Made by a program: the position numbers and the translations under genes. This document shows positions 19,311 through 31,240 of a DNA stretch of 64,000 nt, piece after piece. Location: the NCBI GenBank assembly GCA_963822945.1, contig CAWGJO010000020.1, positions 768,001 through 832,000 of the forward strand, read 5' to 3'. Each line of letters opens with the position of its first letter. The first letter of the stretch is position 1. The notes under the pieces were generated by a model. It had not been told where the DNA came from and did not search any database. It saw only the letters and a list, made by a program, of their open reading frames with translations. The stretch is from an uncultured Gemmatimonadaceae bacterium (GTDB lineage Bacteria > Gemmatimonadota > Gemmatimonadetes > Gemmatimonadales > Gemmatimonadaceae).

Positions 19311-19393
19311 TGACCCCATGACGTCGATTGAGGGCGCTTGGCCGAAATGGCCCGGCGCCCTTTATATTGACTCTCTCTCCAACCCATGGCTCA

Positions 19394-20182
19394 GTGACCA
19401 GAATAATTGCAGTTGCTAACCAGAAAGGCGGCGTCGGCAAGACGACCACTGCCGTAAATCTGGCTGCGAGTTTGGCTGCAGCCGAGCAGAAGACACTCCT
19501 GGTTGACGGCGACCCTCAGGGGAATGCCACGAGCGGTATTGGAATCAACGGAAAGGACCTCCGTGCCTCCACCTACGACGTCTTGCTTGGTGACGCTTCC
19601 CCTGCAGAGGCAATTATCAAACGTGTGCAGTTTGATCGCCTCGACGTGCTTCCTGCAACACCGGATCTTGCCGCAGCCGAAGTTGAACTCACAACTCAAC
19701 CAGATCGTGAGCGCGTTATGCGTACGGCACTGCATCGTGTTCGCGACGACTACGACTTTATTCTCGTAGACTGCCCGCCATCACTGGGACTTATCACACT
19801 GAACATGCTGGTCGCTGCAGATTCCTTGCTGATACCCCTGCAGTGCGAGTACTTCGCTCTCGAGGGTATTTCCCAGCTTCTCAACACGTTTCATCTTGTC
19901 CAGCGCAATCTCAACGAGACCCTCGTCATTGATGGCGTTCTGTTGACCATGTATGACTCAAGAATCAACCTGTCTCGCCAAGTAGCTGCTGACGCTCGTG
20001 AATACTTTGGAGAGAAGGTGTTCGAGACAGTGGTTCCGAGAAACATTCGTTTAGCTGAAGCGCCGAGCTTTGGGCAGCCCATCATTCTCTACGACGTGTC
20101 ATCCGCTGGCGCCCAAGCCTACCTCAAGGTCGCAGCAGAGCTCATGCAACGCCTCAGCCCCAGTGCGGCCGCGGTAGCATAG
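19394..20182 (+). CDS. parA: Chromosome partition ATPase ParA/Soj
   Basis: NQKGGVGKTTT, D.DPQGNATSG, DCPPSLG, PRNIRLAEAPSFG. Confidence 0.97.
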   Translation: MTRIIAVANQKGGVGKTTTAVNLAASLAAAEQKTLLVDGDPQGNATSGIGINGKDLRASTYDVLLGDASPAEAIIKRVQFDRLDVLPATPDLAAAEVELTTQPDRERVMRTALHRVRDDYDFILVDCPPSLGLITLNMLVAADSLLIPLQCEYFALEGISQLLNTFHLVQRNLNETLVIDGVLLTMYDSRINLSRQVAADAREYFGEKVFETVVPRNIRLAEAPSFGQPIILYDVSSAGAQAYLKVAAELMQRLSPSAAAVA

Positions 20183-20217
20183 ACACGCTCGCTCATCCCT
20201 CTAACTCGGTATTCGCA

Positions 20218-21153
20218 ATGAGCCCCGAAAAGCCACGGAGACTCGGGCGAGGTCTCGAAGCGCTCATCGGTGGGAACGTCTCCACTCGTGCCGATCTGGT
20301 GGCCCCACTTCCCGCTCAACAGAACGAGCTCCACCGCCTCGCGCTCACACGCATCCGTCCGAATCCCTTCCAGCCCAGGCGGGACTTTCCCGAGGCAGAG
20401 CTCGCTGAATTGCGCGCATCCCTCCAAGCCTCCGGAATGCTTCAGCCTGTCGTCGTCCGTCCTGCTGGTGATGTCTTCGAGTTGATATCCGGTGAGCGCC
20501 GCTTTCGCGCCGCTTCACAGCTCGGCTGGGTCGAGATCCCCGCGCTCGTGCGCGAGGCCGACCAACGAACGATGCTCACCCTGGCGCTCATTGAGAACCT
20601 GCAGCGTACCGACCTGAATGCGGTCGAAGAAGCACGCGGCTACCAGCGACTCCAGGAAGAGTTCCAGCTCACGCACCAACAGATCTCCGAGGCCGTAGGC
20701 AAGGATCGTTCAACCGTCACCAACCTGCTTCGCCTACTCACCCTGCCAGACACCGTTCAGACCCTTCTCGAGCACGGACAGTTGAGTATCGGGCATGCCA
20801 AAGCGCTTCTTGCCCTGCCAACGCACCGCGCGATCAGCGAACTCGCCACCGAAGTGGTCGCTGAAGGGTTGAGCGTCCGAGAAACCGAGCGTCGAGTTCG
20901 TACCCTCTCCACACCTCCCCCGTCAACGACAGACGTGCCGGCGAAAAGCCGGGGCCCCAAGACACCCGCCCCAGGGGAGCCCAAGCCCGAGATACGACAC
21001 ATCCAGGACACGCTGCGCCGACGCCTCCAGACCGACGTCCACATCCAGATAGCCGCCGACAACAAAGGTGCGATCAAGATCTCCTTCTATTCCACAGACG
21101 ATCTGAACCGCCTGCTCGAGTTGCTGGCAGGCACGCCGCAAATCGGAGACTGA
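20218..21153 (+). CDS. parB: Chromosome partition protein ParB/Spo0J
   Basis: LGRGLEAL, PNPFQPR, GERRFRA, IENLQR.DL, HTH. Confidence 0.97.
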   Translation: MSPEKPRRLGRGLEALIGGNVSTRADLVAPLPAQQNELHRLALTRIRPNPFQPRRDFPEAELAELRASLQASGMLQPVVVRPAGDVFELISGERRFRAASQLGWVEIPALVREADQRTMLTLALIENLQRTDLNAVEEARGYQRLQEEFQLTHQQISEAVGKDRSTVTNLLRLLTLPDTVQTLLEHGQLSIGHAKALLALPTHRAISELATEVVAEGLSVRETERRVRTLSTPPPSTTDVPAKSRGPKTPAPGEPKPEIRHIQDTLRRRLQTDVHIQIAADNKGAIKISFYSTDDLNRLLELLAGTPQIGD

Positions 21154-21230
21154 GACGGTCCATATGTTTGCTAACTAATTGTGCACATCATTATCTACAG
21201 TCGTAACATTATCATTAACAATACTTTACA

Positions 21231-22250
21231 GTGATAACACGCTTGCGACTACAAAGGTTTGTCACAAATGTCAACATCGCGGTCACTCTCCTCTGTGCCG
21301 CCTGTGGGCCCGCTCGTTCAAATCATACAGATACCAGCCCGTCCGCCTTCAAAGTCGCCTTGCTCACGCCCGGCCCCGTCTCTGACCAGTCCTGGAACGC
21401 CGGCGCCTATGACGGCTTGCTGCGCATCCGTGACTCCCTCGGGGCAAGCATAAGCCACATCGAAACCAAGACCCCCGCTGATTTCGAAGAGAGCTTTCGG
21501 CAGTACGGAGCACAGCACTACGCACTGGTCATCGGACACGGATTCGAGTTCCAGGACGCGGCAAGACAAGTCGCGCCGGCGTACCCTGAGACGGTCTTCA
21601 TCACCACGTCCGGTAACACCAAAGGCCCGAATCTCGCCGGCCTGCAGTTCGACTTCGCCAATCCATCCTACCTCGCGGGCATTCTCGCTGGTGCCGTCAC
21701 GCACTCGAATGTCATCGGCGTCATCGGAGGCACTGAGCTTCCCCCTGTTCGTGAGAGTTTCGAGGCGTTCGCCCGCGGCGCCGCAAGTGTCAACCCGCGA
21801 GCCAAACTCGTGTCCTCGTACATCGGCAACTGGGACGATGTCAGCGCCGGACGCGAACAGGCGCTGGCCCAGATCGCTCAGGGAGTCGACGTCATCTTCC
21901 AGAATGCCGACGCCGCCGGGCTCGGCGTTATTCAGGCGGTGAAACAGAGCAAGGGTGTCTGGGTCCTCGGCTCCAATTCCAATCAGAATTCCGTCGCCCC
22001 CGCCGTTATGCTCGGAAGTGTGGTGATCGATCTCCCCCATGCTTTTCTCACGGTTGCGCGGGAGGTGAAGGCCGGGCGCTTTCGCGGCCGCATCATCTCG
22101 CTCGGAATGAAGGACGACGTCGTCCGCTTGGTGGTGAATCCCAGCGTACGCAACCGCATCCCAGTGTCGGCTATCGCTCGCGTCGATTCCGTGCGTGCCT
22201 TGATGCAGCGCGGGGCCTTTTCGGCACTCGACGCAACCGGGGGGCCTTGA
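21231..22250 (+). CDS. BMP-family ABC transporter substrate-binding lipoprotein (nucleoside-type)
   Basis: Lipobox-like LCAAC, D.SWN..AYDGL, IGHGFEF, YLAG.LAG, G.WDD..AG. Confidence 0.9.
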   Translation: MITRLRLQRFVTNVNIAVTLLCAACGPARSNHTDTSPSAFKVALLTPGPVSDQSWNAGAYDGLLRIRDSLGASISHIETKTPADFEESFRQYGAQHYALVIGHGFEFQDAARQVAPAYPETVFITTSGNTKGPNLAGLQFDFANPSYLAGILAGAVTHSNVIGVIGGTELPPVRESFEAFARGAASVNPRAKLVSSYIGNWDDVSAGREQALAQIAQGVDVIFQNADAAGLGVIQAVKQSKGVWVLGSNSNQNSVAPAVMLGSVVIDLPHAFLTVAREVKAGRFRGRIISLGMKDDVVRLVVNPSVRNRIPVSAIARVDSVRALMQRGAFSALDATGGP

Positions 22251-22252
22251 GC

Positions 22253-23026
22253 ATGACGTCGCTGAGCGACTGTGTTGCCTATCTCGACGATGTTCTCGCG
22301 ACGTCTGAAATCCCCGACTACGATCAGGCGCTCAACGGACTTCAACTGGCCAACGCGGGAACGGTCACACGCCTTGCCGTTGCGGTGGACTTCTCACATG
22401 GGTCGGTACAGCAGGCCGTCCTGGCCGGGGCAGACTTCCTGCTGGTGCACCACGGCATGTTCTGGGGTGCGCCTCAGCCATTCGTCGCTTCGCGTTATGA
22501 GCGCTTGCGTCTCGCCATCGCCAACAATCTTGCGGTGTATGCCTCGCACCTCCCCCTGGATCTTCATCCGCGATTCGGCAACAACGTTCGCCTCGCGAAC
22601 CGTCTGGAGTTGGAGCCGAATGGTCGTTTCGGCCGATTCCAATCGATCGAGATCGGTGTTTCCGGATCGGCCGACCTCGCAACCGACGACCTTCTGGCTC
22701 GGGTCCAGGCCTTTGCCCAGCCCCTGGGTACGCACGTGGTTTGCACGCCTCACTCCTCCCAGCGACGGACCAGACACTGGGCGATCGTCACCGGTGCTGG
22801 TGCTTCGAGCAGCACGCTCGCCGAGGCTGCCGATCGCGGCATCGACACTCTCATCGTGGGTGAAGGACCGCATCATACAGCGGTGGAGGCGCAGGATCGG
22901 GGCATAGTGATCATCTATGCCGGCCACTACGCAACGGAGACGCTCGGCGTCCAGGCCCTTGCCGACGAACTCCAGCGCATGTTCACACTCCCGTGGTCCT
23001 TCGTGCACTTGCCGACCGGGCTGTGA
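22253..23026 (+). CDS. Nif3-like (DUF34) dinuclear metal-centre protein
   Basis: NGLQ, LLVHHG.FW, HLPLD.HP..GNN, GE..HH, AGHYATE..GV. Confidence 0.93.
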   Translation: MTSLSDCVAYLDDVLATSEIPDYDQALNGLQLANAGTVTRLAVAVDFSHGSVQQAVLAGADFLLVHHGMFWGAPQPFVASRYERLRLAIANNLAVYASHLPLDLHPRFGNNVRLANRLELEPNGRFGRFQSIEIGVSGSADLATDDLLARVQAFAQPLGTHVVCTPHSSQRRTRHWAIVTGAGASSSTLAEAADRGIDTLIVGEGPHHTAVEAQDRGIVIIYAGHYATETLGVQALADELQRMFTLPWSFVHLPTGL

Positions 23027-24462
23027 CGCTGCATGCCGCCGAAGTCGCGGCCACCGGAATCACGAAGCGCTTCGGCTCCGTCACGGCCCTCGACGACGTC
23101 GCTCTTACCCTGAAGCCCGGCCGTGTACATGCGTTGCTCGGCGAGAACGGAGCGGGGAAGTCCACCCTGATGGGAGTGCTGTTCGGACTCGTGCGCCCAG
23201 ATCGCGGGACCGTGAGCGTCGGCGGCGTCAGGGTCGTCCTTCGTTCTCCAAGGGACGCGATTCGCCTCGGGATCGGTATGGTCCATCAACACTTCTCCCA
23301 CGTTCCAGCTCTGACTGTAGCCGAGAACGTGGCGCTCGGCGGCCGAGGCCGGTTCGATCAGGCAGCCGCTGCTCGGCATGTGGAGTCCGTAGCCCGGGCG
23401 GCGGGTCTCGCGCTCGACCCCCTTGCCCGTGTATGCGATCTATCGGTCGGCGCGCAACAGCGTCTGGAAATCGTTCGCGCGTTAGCCCATGACGCACGGG
23501 CACTCATTCTCGATGAGCCGACTGCAGTGCTCTCTCCCGACGAGTCCGCCGAACTGCTGCGGTGGCTACGCAGTTTCGCGAACGCCGGGGGCACCGTGGC
23601 GCTCGTTACGCACAAGGTGGTCGAGGCCCTGGCCGCGGCAGATGACGTGACGGTGCTCCGTTCCGGGCACTGCGTTGCGGTGGCGGAGGCAGCCTCCTTC
23701 ACCCCGACCTCCCTGGCGCGCACCATGTTTCCCGACGCGATGGTGGACCGGCCGAAAGTCAGGAAGGCCGCTTCGGTCGGCGAGATCGTCGCCAGGGCGA
23801 GCCATCTGGTGATCGAACCGCCGGCCGGTCGATCCGGAATTCGCGATGCCTCGTTCGAGTTGCTCGCCGGCCAGGTGGCCGGTATTGCGGCGGTCGAGGG
23901 GTCGGGGCATGAGTCGCTGCTCCGTGCCCTGGCTGGCTTGGAGGAGCCCTCCGCCGGCTCACTCCAGATCCCTGAGAACGTGTCCTTCATCCCCGCCGAT
24001 CGGCACAGGGATGGACTCGTCCTCGAGTTTCCGCTGTACGAAAACCTCGCCCTGCGACACGCGGGTAGCGCCCGGGGACGGATGCGCTGGCCCACAATTC
24101 GTGCGCGGACTCGGGCCGTCGTTCGGCAATTCGAGGTTCGTGCAGATTCCGAGGCGAGCTCCGCCCGCACGCTTTCCGGCGGCAATCAGCAGCGGTTCGT
24201 GCTGGGACGGGAACTCGAGTCGCATCCGCCGCTCGTAGTTGCAGAGAACCCGACTCGCGGGCTCGACCTCATGGCCACGGCCGCCGTTCATTCCCGCTTG
24301 CTTGGAGCAGCCGCCGAAGGCGCCGCCGTCGTCGTGTATTCCGGCGACCTCGACGAGGTCCTGGCACTCGCGGACCGCGTGTTGGTGGTGTACGACGGAA
24401 TCGTTCGGGAACTGCCCTTGGCTCGTGATCTCATCGCCCGCGGAATGGTAGGCGATTGGTAA
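23023..24462 (+). CDS. ABC transporter ATP-binding protein with two NBDs (CUT2 type)
   Basis: GENGAGKST, LILDEPT, LSGGNQQ, NPTRGLD. Confidence 0.93.
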   Translation: MTLHAAEVAATGITKRFGSVTALDDVALTLKPGRVHALLGENGAGKSTLMGVLFGLVRPDRGTVSVGGVRVVLRSPRDAIRLGIGMVHQHFSHVPALTVAENVALGGRGRFDQAAAARHVESVARAAGLALDPLARVCDLSVGAQQRLEIVRALAHDARALILDEPTAVLSPDESAELLRWLRSFANAGGTVALVTHKVVEALAAADDVTVLRSGHCVAVAEAASFTPTSLARTMFPDAMVDRPKVRKAASVGEIVARASHLVIEPPAGRSGIRDASFELLAGQVAGIAAVEGSGHESLLRALAGLEEPSAGSLQIPENVSFIPADRHRDGLVLEFPLYENLALRHAGSARGRMRWPTIRARTRAVVRQFEVRADSEASSARTLSGGNQQRFVLGRELESHPPLVVAENPTRGLDLMATAAVHSRLLGAAAEGAAVVVYSGDLDEVLALADRVLVVYDGIVRELPLARDLIARGMVGDW

Positions 24463-25529
24463 TGGCTGGATTCCACCGCCTCCGGCCCTGGTTGGCGCCC
24501 CACCGATGGCTGCGCTCCCCTGGAGCGTGGTTCCTGTGCGTCGTGGTCGTCTCGGTGGTCATTCTCGACCATCACTACGGCAACAACGTGCTCCGCGCGC
24601 TCTGGATGGGATCCTTCGGTTCATGGTACGCATTCACGTCGGGCACCCTGGTCCGCGCCGTCCCCCTCATTCTCACGGGCCTTGGCGTGGCAATTGCCTT
24701 CCGGTCGGGGGTGTTCAATATCGGAGCCGAGGGGCAGCTGCTCGCTGGAGCAGCGGCAGCGACCTTCGTCGGGCTTCGTTGGAGCGCCCCACTCGGTGCG
24801 GTCACCCTCCCCGTCATCCTGCTGACCGGGACCGTTGGCGGCGCGCTGTGGGCAGGAATTGCCGCGTTCATGCGCACCCGGTTCGGGGTCCTGGAGGTGA
24901 TCAGCACCCTGATGCTCAACTTCGTCGCGGCTGACGGCGTGTCGTACCTCGTGCGGGGGCCGCTGCAGGAACCCCTTCACATCTACCCACAGTCCGCAAC
25001 GCTGCCGCTCGTTGCCAGACTTCCCCACTTCGGACCGGCTACGCGCTTGCACTGGGGGTTGGTCCTCGCCGTTCTTCTTGTGGCTGTCGCAGCGTGGGGC
25101 GTGTCGCAGACGGCCGTAGGTTTCCGCTTGCGGGCCGTCGGTGCCAATCCCGCCGCTGCACGGGTCACGGGAAGGATTTCAGTGCCCCGCGCGACCACGG
25201 AAGCCTTCCTGGTGAGCGGCGCGCTTGCCGGATTGGCCGGGGCGATCGAGGTCACAGCGGTAACCCATGCGCTCTACGACAACCTGTCACCGGGCTACGG
25301 GTTCACGGCCATCGCGGTCGCGGTCTTGGCTGGCCTTCGCCCATTGGCGGTGCTGCCCAGCGCGCTGTTGTTCGCGGGCCTCGAAACGGGTGCCACCGCA
25401 TTGCAGCGCGACGCGGGTATTCCGGCTGCCTGGGCCTCCGTCCTCGAGGCCTGCCTGATACTCGTCGCGGTCGCTGCTGTCGCCCTCCGCCAACGGAAGA
25501 GCGCGGCGGTCTCGATCATGGACGCGTAA
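24462..25529 (+). CDS. ABC transporter permease
   Basis: FNIGAEGQ, EVISTLMLN, G.RLRAVG.NP.AA, YGFTAIAVA.L. Confidence 0.92.
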   Translation: MAGFHRLRPWLAPHRWLRSPGAWFLCVVVVSVVILDHHYGNNVLRALWMGSFGSWYAFTSGTLVRAVPLILTGLGVAIAFRSGVFNIGAEGQLLAGAAAATFVGLRWSAPLGAVTLPVILLTGTVGGALWAGIAAFMRTRFGVLEVISTLMLNFVAADGVSYLVRGPLQEPLHIYPQSATLPLVARLPHFGPATRLHWGLVLAVLLVAVAAWGVSQTAVGFRLRAVGANPAAARVTGRISVPRATTEAFLVSGALAGLAGAIEVTAVTHALYDNLSPGYGFTAIAVAVLAGLRPLAVLPSALLFAGLETGATALQRDAGIPAAWASVLEACLILVAVAAVALRQRKSAAVSIMDA

Positions 25530-25532
25530 GCG

Positions 25533-26435
25533 ATGACAGCAATCGAATCGGTCCTCGGCGCGACGGTTCGGACCACGACTCCGTTGCTGCTCGCGGCCCT
25601 CGGGGAACTCATCACCGAGCGCGCGGGCATCATCAACATTGCGCTCGAAGGCGCTGTCATCGCCGGAGCCTTTTCAGCAACGGTCGCGGCAACGACCGTG
25701 GGCGTGGTCAGCGGCTACGCATGGGGATCGATTGCCGGAACGGCGGTCGGTTTGCTGCTGGCCGCATTCGTCGTCGGGCTGCGTGCCGATCAGATCATCA
25801 CGGGCACTGCCCTCTCGCTGCTGGCGCTCGGTGCTACGGCAGCACTTTACCGCGCAGTGTTTGGTGCCGGCGGGGTAGCGCTCTCCATCCCCACATCTCC
25901 GGCGCTGCGTATTCCGGGACTCGTTGCGCTCCCGGTGGTTGGCCCTGCGCTGTTCGACCAGCCTGCGGTCACGTACGTGGCGATTCTGCTCGTGCCGTTC
26001 CTGTGGTGGTTTCTCTACCGCACCCAGTCAGGACTCGGTCTTCGAGCGGTCGGCGAGGCACCGCAGTCCGCTCGGGCAGCGGGCGTTCGGGTTCGTCGAG
26101 TTCGGGTTGGCGCCATCCTGTTCGGCTCTACCCTCGGCGGACTGGCGGGCGCGACACTCGTGCTGGCGCAAGCCGGTACGTTCGCCGAGGGTATGTCCGC
26201 CGGCCGGGGGTTCATTGCCATCGCGATCGTGGCTCTCGGGCGGTGGACGCCAGTCGGCGTCGCCATTGCGGCCGTTGTGTTCGGCCTGGCCACGGCCATG
26301 CAATATTTGGTTCAGGCGCTCGGTTGGCCGGTACGGTACGAGTTGGTCCTCATGTTGCCGTACGTGCTGACGTTGGTGGCGCTGATGGTGTCGCCGCGAA
26401 GCGCCGCTCCGGCCATGCTCGCCCGGTCGGACTAG
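25533..26435 (+). CDS. ABC transporter permease
   Basis: ERAGIINIALEG, GL.LRAVGE.P, GRGFIAIA. Confidence 0.93.
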   Translation: MTAIESVLGATVRTTTPLLLAALGELITERAGIINIALEGAVIAGAFSATVAATTVGVVSGYAWGSIAGTAVGLLLAAFVVGLRADQIITGTALSLLALGATAALYRAVFGAGGVALSIPTSPALRIPGLVALPVVGPALFDQPAVTYVAILLVPFLWWFLYRTQSGLGLRAVGEAPQSARAAGVRVRRVRVGAILFGSTLGGLAGATLVLAQAGTFAEGMSAGRGFIAIAIVALGRWTPVGVAIAAVVFGLATAMQYLVQALGWPVRYELVLMLPYVLTLVALMVSPRSAAPAMLARSD

Positions 26436-26740
26436 CCGCTGCCTGTTGGGGCTCGTGGGGGCAGGTAGGGGCCGCCCAGATCCCAGTGCCAGGCGTCACG
26501 CCGCTCCCCTGTCCGTGGGTCTCTCAGCGGCTTGAACTGCAACCGGCCCGGGGCCAGACCAACAGCGGCTCCGTATTCGAGAAGACGCTCCCGATCGGTC
26601 GAAACGAGGTGTGCCATGGGGCGGCCCTGCCACACATGACGATGCAGCCAGAGCCCGCCGTCCATCGCATGGATCATTCCTTCGCGTCGGGATATGAACT
26701 CCCGATAGGCTGCCGGATGACGAGTATCGTCTTCCGTCAC
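26432..26740 (-). CDS. Small hypothetical protein, DUF4031-like
   Basis: MAHLVS.D...L..Y...VGL...HWDL pattern; GTG start just after the pilin stop. Confidence 0.6.
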   Translation of the reverse strand: MTEDDTRHPAAYREFISRREGMIHAMDGGLWLHRHVWQGRPMAHLVSTDRERLLEYGAAVGLAPGRLQFKPLRDPRTGERRDAWHWDLGGPYLPPRAPTGSG

Positions 26741-26744
26741 GCCA

Positions 26745-27137
26745 CTACTGGCATGCGACCTGGCCTTCGGTTGTGGCGGGCGCAATCGGCGTCACGCCCC
26801 CATAGAAGATCGCGCACATATGCGGCCACGCTTCGGGGTGCGTAGAGGTAGCCGCCCATCCACTGGCATCGGCTTCCGATATCGTCAGGACCACACCGTG
26901 CGACGGTACGAACTGGAGCGAATCCAGCATCGTGGTATACGTCCGGTGCTCGTAGTAGTACCCCTCCTCCGCCACCGACAGGTTGCGGAGGTCGCTCTTC
27001 ATCGAAGCGACGTACGCCTTCCCTTTCGTGCTCTGGAACTTCGGCACCGCGATCGCGGCGAGAACGCCGATGATCACGACGACAATGAGCAACTCGATCA
27101 GGGTGAACCCACCGCGTCGGTAGCCCATAAGCCCCAC
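26745..27137 (-). CDS. Type IV pilin
   Basis: Class III signal G/FTLIELLIVVVIIGVLAAIAVP; C-terminal Cys pair. Confidence 0.93.
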   Translation of the reverse strand: MGLMGYRRGGFTLIELLIVVVIIGVLAAIAVPKFQSTKGKAYVASMKSDLRNLSVAEEGYYYEHRTYTTMLDSLQFVPSHGVVLTISEADASGWAATSTHPEAWPHMCAIFYGGVTPIAPATTEGQVACQ

Positions 27138-27194
27138 ATTGAAGAAGAAGTAGACGAGTGACCTGCTTTGCGAACCAACGCATCCATCACTCTG

Positions 27195-27210
27195 GCAAGG
27201 CCGATGCCGA
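27195..27210 (-). promoter_or_regulatory. Sigma54 (-24/-12) promoter of the pilin gene
   Basis: Minus strand reads TCGGCATCGGCCTTGC, an exact GG-N10-GC spacing. Confidence 0.72.
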
Positions 27211-27336
27211 TTCGGCCAACAACTGATAACGTGTTGCCGTGTATGATGTTACAGAAACGGCGCCTGGCTCGCTGCAATATACTTCACTCTACGAACTGCC
27301 CATTTTCTGGCAAAATGCGAGACTCGTAAGGATCTC

Positions 27337-30231
<2,895 letters not shown>

Positions 30232-30311
30232 CGTTGGATATCGACGTCGGCGTGGGCGCAAAAATACCCGGGTGGCTTGCCCAGGTCTTCCGCGACCATT
30301 AGGTTCGCCGC

Positions 30312-31226
30312 GTGCCCCGAGAATCTATGCTAGGGCGAACACTCGCCGGCTATGTCCTGGAAAGCGAAGTCGGTGAGGGGGGGACCTCTGCCGTCTTCCG
30401 CGCGCACCATCCTGACCATGGTTCCGTTGCCGTCAAGGTCCTGCGGGAGAAGCTGCGCAACGACAAGACGGCGGTTACCCGGTTCCTGCGAGAAGCACAT
30501 TACGGCGAGCGCGTCCAGCACCCCAATGTAGTCCGCACCATCGAAATCGGCGAAGCGGAGCCGGGCCTGCATTTCCTGGCCATCGAGTGGGCCAAGGGCG
30601 AGCTCCTGGAGAAGTATGCGCGGCGTAAGGGCCCGCTTCCTCCGGACGAAGTCGCCAACATCGTCTCCCAGATCGCCGAAGCGGTTCATGCCGCTCATCA
30701 AGTCGGGATCGTGCATCGCGACCTGAAGCCAGAAAACGTCATGTACGATCCCGATACCGGGTTGGTCAAGCTCCTCGATTTCGGAATTGCTACAGACGCG
30801 GACATCGCCCCAGAACAGCGCCTGACCCGAGCGGGCTTCTTCGTGGGTACGCTCATGTACGTCGCCCCGGAGGCGCTTTCGGGCGAGGTCGTCACGCCCG
30901 CGGCGGATCAGTTCAGCCTGGCCACCATCTCATACTTTCTCCTCTCCGGGTGCCTTCCGTACAGCGCCAAGTCTCCGCGGGAGATGTTCACTCAGTTGCT
31001 TACCCAACCCCCGCTCCCCCTGAATATGGCGCGCCAGGGACTCCGATTCTCTCCCGCAATCGAAGCGGTCGTGATGCGGGGCTTGGAGCGTGATCCAACG
31101 AAGCGGTTCCCCGATACGATCGCGTTTGCCGATGCCCTGCGCGAGGCAATTGCCCAACCCCTGCCTGCGGAACCGAGTGGCGGTCTGTTGCAGCGGCTCA
31201 AATCGGCTTTCAACAAGCGACCATAG
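30312..31226 (+). CDS. Hanks-type Ser/Thr protein kinase, kinase domain only
   Basis: GEGG, VAVK, HRDLKPEN, DFG, GT..YVAPE; no TM segment. Start is GTG 30312 or ATG 30327. Confidence 0.93.
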   Translation: MPRESMLGRTLAGYVLESEVGEGGTSAVFRAHHPDHGSVAVKVLREKLRNDKTAVTRFLREAHYGERVQHPNVVRTIEIGEAEPGLHFLAIEWAKGELLEKYARRKGPLPPDEVANIVSQIAEAVHAAHQVGIVHRDLKPENVMYDPDTGLVKLLDFGIATDADIAPEQRLTRAGFFVGTLMYVAPEALSGEVVTPAADQFSLATISYFLLSGCLPYSAKSPREMFTQLLTQPPLPLNMARQGLRFSPAIEAVVMRGLERDPTKRFPDTIAFADALREAIAQPLPAEPSGGLLQRLKSAFNKRP

Positions 31227-31240
31227 CTCCCACGCGCCTA

